A stretch of 64,000 nt of DNA from the IMG/VR virus record IMGVR_UViG_3300037471_001740, positions 18,940 to 82,939 of that record; one strand, written 5' to 3'. This stretch comes from a virus. Taxonomy: Duplodnaviria > Caudoviricetes. Shown one piece after another: positions 47,012 to 54,664 of the stretch (positions are counted from its first letter, which is position 1; every line of letters starts with the position of its first letter). Below the pieces are notes generated by a model. It saw only the letters and a list, made by a program, of their open reading frames with translations. It had not been told where the DNA came from and ran no database searches. Made by a program: the position numbers and the translations under genes.

Positions 47012-47593
47012 TTACAGTACTGACTTGATCTGCGCGACGAGCTTCCTCACTTCGGTCGCGATCTTCACCAGCAGCGAGTCTGCCGAACCTTCGAGGCTCG
47101 CGACGTGTCCGGCGATCTGGTCGGCAAGACCGTGTGCGGGATGCGAGGCGCCATCGGTCACGAGGACAGTCGGCAGCGTCGCAGTAGCGAATTCAGCCTG
47201 CGCTTGCGAGTAACCCTTGTCGAGCAGCCATTGGCGAGCCGTAGCTTCCGATTCCGGTCCGTTCGTCGCGATTCCCAATGCGCTCAGATCGCTCGGCGTC
47301 GGCGCTTCGTTACCAGCCATATCAGCCGGGATCAGTGAAACGTCGACGCTCTGCAAAGAGGCGCTGGCCGACGGCGCATCCACAGATGTCGTAGCCGCGG
47401 TGGACGTGGCTGCTTCGGTAGTAGCCAACATCCCCACAGCGTCCGCATTGGATGCCGACGGCGAGGATTCCGAAGCCGGATTCGTCGACTCCCCCAACGC
47501 GGGCGTGCCAACCTCCGCCTTCAGCGCCGCCGGGGCTTCTGTGCCTTGCTGCGTGCCGTTGTCAGGCAGGATGCTTGCATTGATGTCCGACAT
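47012..47593 (-). CDS. Low-complexity Ala/Ser/Thr-rich hypothetical protein
   Basis: 193 aa, GGAG RBS. Confidence 0.55.
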   Translation of the reverse strand: MSDINASILPDNGTQQGTEAPAALKAEVGTPALGESTNPASESSPSASNADAVGMLATTEAATSTAATTSVDAPSASASLQSVDVSLIPADMAGNEAPTPSDLSALGIATNGPESEATARQWLLDKGYSQAQAEFATATLPTVLVTDGASHPAHGLADQIAGHVASLEGSADSLLVKIATEVRKLVAQIKSVL

Positions 47594-47723
47594 GATCTAC
47601 TCCGATTGAGTTGAGAAGGTGCTACCGCCGGCGCCGCTCGAGTTCCGGCTTCCCGGCGGAGGTCGCGGCTTCCATGACCCCGGTAGCTGACGCGGTTAGC
47701 GCACTCACGCCTTGCGGAAAAAG

Positions 47724-47745
47724 AAAAAGCCCGGCTGGCGGGCTT
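47724..47745 (-). terminator. Terminator downstream of phage tRNAs
   Basis: AAGCCCG/CGGGCTT stem plus U tract. Confidence 0.7.
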
Positions 47746-47789
47746 GATTTGTTGCTCTCTGCGACCTAGGCTCGAAGAGCCTGGCCAAC

Positions 47790-47865
47790 TGGCAACCGGA
47801 GCGAGACTCGAACTCACAACCAACGGGATCAAAACCCGCTGCTCTACCAATTGAGCTACCCGGCA
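47790..47865 (-). tRNA. tRNA-Gln(TTG), phage-encoded
   Basis: Cloverleaf, GCGGG-TTTTGAT-CCCGT anticodon arm, TTCGAGT T loop, CCA; 76 nt. Confidence 0.9.
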
Positions 47866-47871
47866 ATTGTT

Positions 47872-47950
47872 TGGCTCCGCATCTGAGGATCGAACTCAGC
47901 TAGCCACTGATTAACAGTCAGGCCCATGCACCTTGCTCGGGTTCTGCGGA
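47872..47950 (-). tRNA. tRNA-Asn(GTT), phage-encoded, irregular D arm
   Basis: CTGA-CTGTTAA-TCAG anticodon arm, CTGAG-TTCGATC-CTCAG T arm, CCA; 79 nt. Confidence 0.75.
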
Positions 47951-47971
47951 ATTGATTGTTTGATCGCGGGC

Positions 47972-48127
47972 CTATGCGGCCGGCTTCAGATCGCCACCGA
48001 GGATCTGTCGCAGTTCGTCAATCCGATTGATCAACGACGCTTTCAGCGCGGCATCGATCACGCGCAGGTTCGTGAAGTCACGCTCAAGCGAATCGAGAAT
48101 GCGCAGACCGTCTGGAGAGCTATCCAT
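47972..48127 (-). CDS. Small hypothetical protein (51 aa)
   Basis: Hand translation MDSSPDGLRILDSLERDF... Confidence 0.4.
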   Translation of the reverse strand: MDSSPDGLRILDSLERDFTNLRVIDAALKASLINRIDELRQILGGDLKPAA

Positions 48128-48149
48128 GTTAAATCCGAGGACGAAAAGC

Positions 48150-48183
48150 AAAAAGCCCGCTCGGCTCTCACCTGGCGGGCTTT
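48150..48183 (-). terminator. Terminator ahead of late region
   Basis: AAAGCCCGC/GCGGGCTTT stem plus U tract. Confidence 0.7.
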
Positions 48184-48234
48184 CGAGACAGTTATCGAGA
48201 CTGCCTATTAAGCACCGATTTTAATGCAGAGTGT

Positions 48235-48660
48235 TCAATCAACGCACGAACTATTTTGCTCAACGTTTCTTGAACACTCCGCACTCATCGACTCGTGTGC
48301 TTTCCTTAGCGCCTTGCTCATCCGGATGGCGTCCTGAGCGAACTTCCGGGCCCGGTTATACACCGTCCCGCGCGCACACTTCAGTTCCGCCGCAACCTGC
48401 TTGATCCTAACGTCAAGCCAGAAAACAGCGAGGAAGCATGCGCCGTCATCTTCTCGCCCCGGCTCTTCCAGCATGCCATGCAGCGCCGAGTTGAAGTAAG
48501 GCATCTCTGGATCGAGGCGAGCGTCCGTCTCGCGTACCGCCGAACGGCGCGGCTGAAGTCGAGCAAGGATGTTCAGTTTCCCCGATGGAACGTACAGACG
48601 GCGCGTCTGAGTCCACAGCAGCCAACGATCGCAGTACTTGTCGATTTCAAAATCGTTCAT
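48235..48660 (-). CDS. Q-like late regulator with C-terminal sigma4-like HTH
   Basis: IKQVAAELKCARGTVYNR; last gene before terminators and tRNAs. Confidence 0.6.
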   Translation of the reverse strand: MNDFEIDKYCDRWLLWTQTRRLYVPSGKLNILARLQPRRSAVRETDARLDPEMPYFNSALHGMLEEPGREDDGACFLAVFWLDVRIKQVAAELKCARGTVYNRARKFAQDAIRMSKALRKAHESMSAECSRNVEQNSSCVD

Positions 48661-48998
48661 TCGCTTCCTTTCATCCCAAGTTTGTGAAACGCGATTGCGC
48701 GCATGTCGGCAAGGTGTCGCTCGGTCGACGCCAACTGGCCGGCGCTTCCCGCTCCTTCGGTTGGCCTCAGGCCAGTGCGCCAAAGTTCATCGATCAGCAT
48801 CTGTGCGGTGTCGTGACCGAGCACAAGGGCCGGCTCGACGTATTCGCCTTCAGCAGCCTCGACGAACTCAACCTGCCGGGCGGCTGCCGGCTTGTTTCCA
48901 GGCAGCAGACTGCACATCATGCGGATCTCGACCGAACCCCAATGTGTGCGCTGGGCATAGACGTGCATGGTGCCTGCCGCGAAATTGAGGCTCTTCAT
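48657..48998 (-). CDS. Hypothetical phage protein
   Basis: Start reassigned to ATG 48998 (TGATG overlap). Confidence 0.6.
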   Translation of the reverse strand: MKSLNFAAGTMHVYAQRTHWGSVEIRMMCSLLPGNKPAAARQVEFVEAAEGEYVEPALVLGHDTAQMLIDELWRTGLRPTEGAGSAGQLASTERHLADMRAIAFHKLGMKGSE

Positions 48999-49483
48999 CA
49001 GCCGTCCCACCCTTCGCCGACCGGCGCTTCGATGCTCGCATTCAGAGCCGTGGCGATCCGCTCCGCGGTCTCCATATCGAAACACTCGCAGACGATCCCG
49101 AAGGAAATGAAGTTTCCGTCGGCACCCCGAATCTCATCCTTGCGGTCATAGACCGACCCATCGAAGCAGCAATGATTCGAGCCGGAGCCCTTTACCGCGA
49201 AATATCGCGCCCCGCCCAGAAACTCCCTCGGCGGAATGCGCTCTCTACTCACGTCGCCTGCCTCATCGAGCCAGACTCGTTCGATTGCCACGCCATGTAC
49301 TGCGGCGTCGGTTGCTACTGCTTCGAGGTCGGATTTACCGCGCGGACGAATAATCGCGGCAGCGATGCGCTCGGCCGTCTTCATATCGTTTTCTGACAAT
49401 GTTCTTTCGACGATGCCGCGCGCCTCATCCCACAGCTTCGTGCCGATGCTAAGAGCATCTTCGAAGTCAGATTTCCGAGTCAT
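48998..49483 (-). CDS. Hypothetical phage protein
   Basis: MTRKSDFEDAL...; coupled to neighbours. Confidence 0.5.
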   Translation of the reverse strand: MTRKSDFEDALSIGTKLWDEARGIVERTLSENDMKTAERIAAAIIRPRGKSDLEAVATDAAVHGVAIERVWLDEAGDVSRERIPPREFLGGARYFAVKGSGSNHCCFDGSVYDRKDEIRGADGNFISFGIVCECFDMETAERIATALNASIEAPVGEGWDG

Positions 49484-49493
49484 GATCAACCCC

Positions 49494-50096
49494 CTACCGA
49501 ACGGTAACGTCAGGCACGATCGACTCGGGCTTGAACGTGACCGCATAGTGATAAACGCTCACGCTCGACGGCTCGATCTGCTCGACGAAGTACGTCACGT
49601 TGTCCGAGAGGCCGAGGAAATGCTTCTTGTAGCTGTTCGGGCCCGTCTTGCATGTCACTGAAAGCTCGCGGCTCTTATCCGCGTTGCCAAGCGAACACAG
49701 GCCTTCGATCGTCATCAGGTAGCGATCCGTGATTCCATTCACGAAGATAATGCGTCGCTCGATCTGGAAATTGTCGGCAGCCTGCGACAGATTGTGCGAC
49801 GCGACGTCGGCGTCGTTGTTGCAAGCGGCCAAGGGAAGCGCACAAGCCAGCGCCAAAAGCATCTTTCTCATCTGTTGCTTCTCCGGTTTGGCGATCGACC
49901 GAATCACCGCCATGAAGCCCTGCTGCAGGTTCGTCTTGCCTATCGCGAGCCAGCGCTTGTCGACATCAGGAAGCGACTCCAGCGCCTCGAGTTCGACGCG
50001 GATGTCCTCGGCCATGTCCTTGATCGTGTTCATCGACGAAATCTCTTCCGGCGACAGGTCGCGATAGCCTTTGATGTGCTTGTGTTGGTTTTCCAT
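49494..50096 (-). CDS. acb2: Acb2-like cyclic-nucleotide sponge fused in frame to a phage lipoprotein (lipoprotein ATG at 49871)
   Basis: MENQHKHIKGYRDLS..MNTIK..RWLAIGKT..QGFMAVIRSIAKP, then MRKMLLALACALPLAAC lipobox. Confidence 0.8.
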   Translation of the reverse strand: MENQHKHIKGYRDLSPEEISSMNTIKDMAEDIRVELEALESLPDVDKRWLAIGKTNLQQGFMAVIRSIAKPEKQQMRKMLLALACALPLAACNNDADVASHNLSQAADNFQIERRIIFVNGITDRYLMTIEGLCSLGNADKSRELSVTCKTGPNSYKKHFLGLSDNVTYFVEQIEPSSVSVYHYAVTFKPESIVPDVTVR

Positions 50097-50119
50097 GCTT
50101 TCTCCTGTGTGTAGATGGA

Positions 50120-50503
50120 TCACAGTGCGAGACGGTGACGGGCCGCCGCGATCCGACTCGTCAAGCTGTCGACAAGGCGACGTGCTCGACGAACTTCCGC
50201 CAGTGCAGGCGGCAGGACTGCCTCGCCCATTGCGTTCTGCTCGCCGCCGATGGGTGCCGGCGAATCCGATACCGAATGCAGGGAGTCCTCCAGCGAGGCG
50301 ACCTCCTTTTCGAGGACGGCCAGGCTGTCGTGCAGGACATGCAGCTCGGCGCCCAGCGAGTCGCGCGGAACTGCCTGCAGAGGCGTCCCCTGCACTACTT
50401 GTCGTTGCGCACGGTACGCATCGAAAGTCGCCTTGTGGTCATTCAAATATTCCATTTGCTCTCCAATGTCCCCATGTGGGGTGAAAACTTGCCGATCATC
50501 CAT
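50120..50503 (-). CDS. Hypothetical coiled-coil protein
   Basis: 127 aa, AGGA RBS. Confidence 0.55.
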   Translation of the reverse strand: MDDRQVFTPHGDIGEQMEYLNDHKATFDAYRAQRQVVQGTPLQAVPRDSLGAELHVLHDSLAVLEKEVASLEDSLHSVSDSPAPIGGEQNAMGEAVLPPALAEVRRARRLVDSLTSRIAAARHRLAL

Positions 50504-50504
50504 C

Positions 50505-51665
50505 TTGGGAAATTCCTAAGATGGCCCTCTCAAAACCCATGGGTTTCCGCTGGGTTATCCAGTGGGTTACCCGTGGGTTTCCCGAATCCTCGCGAACATT
50601 CGCGAGCCCTCCTGCGTTGCACCGCGTCCCCGTGCGTTGCGCCGCGTTGCAGATAAGCGTGCAACGCTGCACCCTTTTCGCTAGCACCCTGCTTGCACAG
50701 TGCTAGCACCTGTCTAGCAAGTGCTTAGCACCTGCTCGCATCTGCTAGTCCCGATCCGGGACACCCTGTCCCGACTTGGGACTAGTCCCGATTAAGGACT
50801 ACTAACGCCTTAACCGTTACCGCACCGTTACCCAACCGTTATCGCCGTGATATCAGCCTGATATCAAGCCTTCACCGAAGGTTTCACCCAAGGTTGGCCC
50901 GAAGGTTATCCTTAAGGCTTCCCCTAACCCTTCACCGAAGGCTTCACCAAAGACATCCTTCGGTGCGGTCGCCGGCGGGAACCGCAGCATGCTTCGGGCA
51001 ATGCTTGGAGCAATGCTCCGAGCATCCGTCACGCTCCCGCCGTGACACCTGTCACGCGTCCGTCCCGTGTCTGTCCCATGGTTGTCCCGCGGGACACGAC
51101 CGGGACATCCGCCGGACACGCCAGCCCTGTCTCTGTGACAGCCGGCGCTTTCTTTACGCCCGCGCTCTGTCTCACGCTCTGTCACAGAACCAGTTACTGA
51201 TTCAGTAACGGTTACTGTTTTGGTAACCGCACAGACTCTGTGCGTAGACGGTGTTGTAGACGCCGGACCGTCTATGCGGCCGTCTCGCTGAAAAAACTGC
51301 TCCCGGGAGCAGTTTTGGTCGACAGGACTTGCTACCAAGGTCGAAAGTCCTTCAGCCTTTGGCCATCCAAGGTGCTTCGAAGGGGCTTCCAAGGCCCTCC
51401 AATGGGGTTGTTGAAATGACAACGGTTGTTGATTCGACAACGGTTGTCGGAATGACAACCCGAGCGGTGCGCTCTGACGGCTGACGCCTCTACCCGGCCA
51501 GGTCTGTTTACCGACGCGTGTCCGCAACGGAGAGGCGTCATGCGTCAGAGGGGTTGCTGAATGAGCAACGGGGGTTGCCGAATCGGCAATTGCTGAATCA
51601 GCAACCCGGCACCGGGTGCCGCCCGCGTGTAATTCGATTACGGGCACGTGGAATCGGATTCCAGC
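50505..51665. repeat. Array of about 25 different iteron-like repeat/dyad cassettes
   Basis: Consecutive distinct motifs phased at 10-12 or 18 bp (see findings). Confidence 0.85.
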
Positions 51666-51667
51666 GT

Positions 51668-51985
51668 TCATCGCGTGATCCAGCGTTCGAAGCGGCCGAT
51701 GCCGAGGCCTTTGCGCACGACCCATTGGCCGCTCACCTTCTCTGCTCCGAGCGCTCTGGCGGTCGCCTGATCCTTCTTCGGTACCGTGAGGGGAATCAAG
51801 TCGGACGCACCGCTCCAAGCTGGCAGCGCGGCTTTGGGCGCTCTCTCGGAGTATTCCTTCTTCGCCAGCCAGTCACGAATAGCGAGATTCGAGTCGTCGG
51901 CAAACCATTGCTTGCGCGTGCGGTCCCAGCGCAGGTTGTATCGCTGCGCAACTTGAACCGTCACCTCGCCTTTTCTCAGCCACAT
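51668..51985 (-). CDS. DUF5710-like protein (two related half-domains)
   Basis: RYNLRWDRTRKQWF and LTVPKKDQATARALGA..QWVV. Confidence 0.55.
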   Translation of the reverse strand: MWLRKGEVTVQVAQRYNLRWDRTRKQWFADDSNLAIRDWLAKKEYSERAPKAALPAWSGASDLIPLTVPKKDQATARALGAEKVSGQWVVRKGLGIGRFERWITR

Positions 51986-51997
51986 CGACCCTTCTCC

Positions 51998-52321
51998 TCA
52001 AATGCGGCGCCCGGCCGCTTTATCCGTCACGTACAGCGCCCGCAATTCATCGGTGATGGCCTTTGCATGGGCTCTGGCGATCGTGTGTGCCGCCAGGTTC
52101 TCAGCGAGCAGCGCGCGGTACTCCTCCATCAGATCCCGGCCTTCCACTTCTGCCTGAGCCTGCGTGGACGTCGCCGGTTTCCGCCTGCCATCCAGGAATG
52201 CGCTGTACACGTTCACCGCGTGTTTCGATCCGCCAGCCACGGACCAGAGATCGCTGCGCCGTTTCTCCAGACTCCGGATTCGCAGCTTCCGATCAATCAC
52301 CCATTCCTTCGTCTCAGACAT
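51998..52321 (-). CDS. Hypothetical protein
   Basis: 107 aa, AGGGGAG RBS. Confidence 0.6.
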   Translation of the reverse strand: MSETKEWVIDRKLRIRSLEKRRSDLWSVAGGSKHAVNVYSAFLDGRRKPATSTQAQAEVEGRDLMEEYRALLAENLAAHTIARAHAKAITDELRALYVTDKAAGRRI

Positions 52322-52880
52322 GGCTCCCCTCTGCTGTTTGCGCTGTAGGTATGGCAGAACATAGATACTGACCGTGTGGCGGTCTAGGCGAGTCTGCGTT
52401 TTCTACCTCCATACGACCGTGTGGCGGTCTAGCAGACTGACCCTCTAGACCGTGTGACGGTCGTATTTTTTTGCTCTCTAGACCGTCCTGCGGGGGTCTA
52501 ACTTCAATTTTTCTAGCGCCTAAAGTGACGTAAGCACGCGGGTTGATGTCGATACCTTCTTTCACATCGAGCTGGCGCCAACTCACGGCATACCATGAAG
52601 CCTTGTTCGGCTTCGCTCCCGCTCTCGTCTCGACGAGCAGACCGAGGTCGATGAGTTCCTTCTTCGCCTTCGTCAGGCCATCACGGCTGTTCCAACCCAG
52701 CGGCTTCAAGGCTTTGTCACAGACGACGAGCGAGCCGTTATTCCGGCCGTTGTACTGAAGGAGAACGTCAAACAGGAGGGCGCGCGCCCTATGAGAGGCT
52801 TCGCGGAAGGAAGGATGATTCATTACCCAGAAGGGGATGCCGACAAAGCGTTCGGTGGTCTTGGTCTTCCTCTCCTTCAT
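52314..52880 (-). CDS. wHTH replication initiator-like protein
   Basis: FVGIPFWVMNHPSF..ARALLFDV..YNGRNNG..AKKELIDLGLL; iterons inside 3' half. Confidence 0.7.
   Translation of the reverse strand: MKERKTKTTERFVGIPFWVMNHPSFREASHRARALLFDVLLQYNGRNNGSLVVCDKALKPLGWNSRDGLTKAKKELIDLGLLVETRAGAKPNKASWYAVSWRQLDVKEGIDINPRAYVTLGARKIEVRPPQDGLESKKIRPSHGLEGQSARPPHGRMEVENADSPRPPHGQYLCSAIPTAQTAEGSHV
52370..52500. repeat. Cognate origin iterons inside initiator gene
   Basis: GACCGTGTGGCGGTCTAG-like dyads at 52370, 52415, 52448, 52481. Confidence 0.7.
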
Positions 52881-53095
52881 TCGACGCCGCCCTTGATGGA
52901 ATCGCGGAATCGCTCGAGCAACACCTCATCTCGAAGCTTTTCGAGTGCCATCACCGTTTCGTATGGCATGCGCTTACCCTTGCGGCCAGTCTTCAGCGCG
53001 GAGATGACCGATTGCCCGATGCGCGATCTCCGCTCGATTTCTGTCTGTGTGAGACCGAGCAAAAAAAGCTCGTGGACTAGTAGATTTGCCCTCAT
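52877..53095 (-). CDS. Cro-like repressor
   Basis: LTQTEIERRSRIGQSVISAL HTH, divergent from cI. Confidence 0.8.
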   Translation of the reverse strand: MRANLLVHELFLLGLTQTEIERRSRIGQSVISALKTGRKGKRMPYETVMALEKLRDEVLLERFRDSIKGGVE

Positions 53096-53136
53096 TATTG
53101 CCCTATTATTGCGTTCGTAATCGACCTATGTCTAAA

Positions 53137-53180
53137 GCACTATGAACAGTCTAGTGCATATGCTATAGACGATCAAGTGC
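53137..53180. promoter_or_regulatory. OR operators of prophage 2
   Basis: GCACT-N11-AGTGC at 53137-57 plus degenerate copy to 53180; same dyad at 53948-68. Confidence 0.65.
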
Positions 53181-53198
53181 ATAAACTATTGAGCAGCC

Positions 53199-53927
53199 AT
53201 GACAACTCTTGCAGACAGACTCCGCGAAGCTCGTTCGACAGCCGGCATGTCGCAAACGGAACTGGCAGATCGATCTGGCGTGTCGCAATCGACGATCGCG
53301 AACATCGAATCAGGAAGGAATGAGGGGAGTCGGCACATCGTGAAGATCGCAGAGGCGCTCAACACGAACGTCAACTGGCTTCTGTTTGGTCAGCTTCCCC
53401 GAATCGTCTACAACGTTCAAACGGTGTCAGAGGACGAACAGCGAGCCGATCCCAACATACGTCCGGATACTCTTAACGGGCCTATAGGCGTTCTTCCGTC
53501 CGCCCTGCCAGACATATGGATGGACCGCTCAGAGGTAAAGCCCACGGGCACTAAGGGCCAACTGGAATGGCGCAAGGCTGAAGGGCGCGCTCTATGTCTT
53601 AAGACTGCTGTTTTCCCTGCCCTTGACACCCACCCCAGTCGATGCCGCGTGATAGCGGTTCCGGACGACAGCATGAATCCGTTTGTGGGCATGCACGACC
53701 TGTTCGTGATCGACCTCACGCGAGCTGCTCCACGCGATGGTCGCGTCTTTGCGATTCTCTTCGAAGGGGACCTGCTGATCAGGCAGATATTCAAACAGCC
53801 TGGCGGCGCTCTCGTCCTGCATGCCTACAACGCGAACTTTCCGGACAAGTTCATTGCAGCCGACCAGATCCATGCACTTGAAATAATCGGGGAATACGTT
53901 TACCGCGCCGGGAGTGCTCGCGCATAA
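53199..53927 (+). CDS. cI repressor, XRE HTH plus S24 peptidase
   Basis: SQTELADRSGVSQSTIANIESG; DDSMNP; LLIRQI. Confidence 0.9.
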   Translation: MTTLADRLREARSTAGMSQTELADRSGVSQSTIANIESGRNEGSRHIVKIAEALNTNVNWLLFGQLPRIVYNVQTVSEDEQRADPNIRPDTLNGPIGVLPSALPDIWMDRSEVKPTGTKGQLEWRKAEGRALCLKTAVFPALDTHPSRCRVIAVPDDSMNPFVGMHDLFVIDLTRAAPRDGRVFAILFEGDLLIRQIFKQPGGALVLHAYNANFPDKFIAADQIHALEIIGEYVYRAGSARA

Positions 53928-53947
53928 GTAATAAAAATATCTCGAAA

Positions 53948-53980
53948 GCACTTGATCTTACTTAGTGCATTCGCCATAAT
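53948..53980 (+). promoter_or_regulatory. OL operator and pL promoter of prophage 2
   Basis: TTGATC-17 bp-CATAAT overlapped by GCACT-N11-AGTGC. Confidence 0.65.
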
Positions 53981-54010
53981 GAGTTCATATTACCGAACGC
54001 GAGATGGCAA

Positions 54011-54211
54011 ATGCAGACCGCAAACCTGATCCACTGGATCGACAACCACGACACAGCAGCGCCGACTTTCGAAAATGCTGACGGCACGTTGACCGTCTCG
54101 AGCTGGTGCGTTCAAACGAATCTTCCTGTTGGCCATCCCGACCGCGTCTTCATGGAGCGCGCCATCATTCCGGCGACCCTGAGCGCAGCTCGCGCACACC
54201 TCGGCTACTAA
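54011..54211 (+). CDS. Hypothetical phage protein
   Basis: 66 aa, first pL gene. Confidence 0.6.
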   Translation: MQTANLIHWIDNHDTAAPTFENADGTLTVSSWCVQTNLPVGHPDRVFMERAIIPATLSAARAHLGY

Positions 54212-54221
54212 GGAGCGCGAC

Positions 54222-54437
54222 ATGACCAAGATCATCAGCGCGACCGCACGACTTCTCGCACGAGTCCACTACGAACAGCAGCGCGCAGTCGCGCATGTCG
54301 CGGCGCCGTTCATGCGCTGGACCGGCTTCCGGTTCTCGAAGAAATCCAGAAGCAACCGTTTGCTGAATGCAGTTATCTGCCGCGTGAGCGCGAACCTGTT
54401 CGCCGACGGCATTACGCCGGGCCGGATGAAGTTCTAG
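54222..54437 (+). CDS. Hypothetical basic protein
   Basis: 71 aa, AAGGAG RBS. Confidence 0.55.
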   Translation: MTKIISATARLLARVHYEQQRAVAHVAAPFMRWTGFRFSKKSRSNRLLNAVICRVSANLFADGITPGRMKF

Positions 54438-54651
54438 ATCCGTCGTGTGGCTCAGGCGTCCCGATGCTGCGCGAACTTCAAAGCGCGAAGTTGCACGACG
54501 GCGGCCAAAAGCAATACGACGCGAACTAGAGCGCGACGGTGTAGATCGTATGCGAATTGCAAGACCGATCGCCAATAGACCTGTCTGAAGTTCGTCTTCT
54601 TTCTCGGAATGGAGATCGACAACGTCTCGGAAGTGCTGATAGCTGTCGTTC

Positions 54652-54664
54652 TAAGTCGTTGATT
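54652..54664 (-). promoter_or_regulatory. IHF consensus site
   Basis: AATCAACGACTTA matches WATCAANNNNTTR. Confidence 0.5.

Noticed and set aside
47620-47690. Third phage tRNA
   Set aside because: No T-loop consensus, anticodon arm or CCA; kept only as a structured element.
48200-48246. Sigma70 late promoter of prophage 2
   Set aside because: TAAAAT is present, but the best -35 (TTGATT) is only 13 bp away, which is not enough support.
50505-51665. CRISPR array or simple VNTR
   Set aside because: No constant repeat with unique spacers and no cas genes; the motif changes every 20-90 bp.
50853-51818. 321-aa minus-strand ORF across the array as a real gene
   Set aside because: It overlaps the DUF5710-like gene out of frame, has no clear RBS, and is a patchwork of repeat-derived peptides. 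It is not fully excluded; Ribo-seq would settle it.
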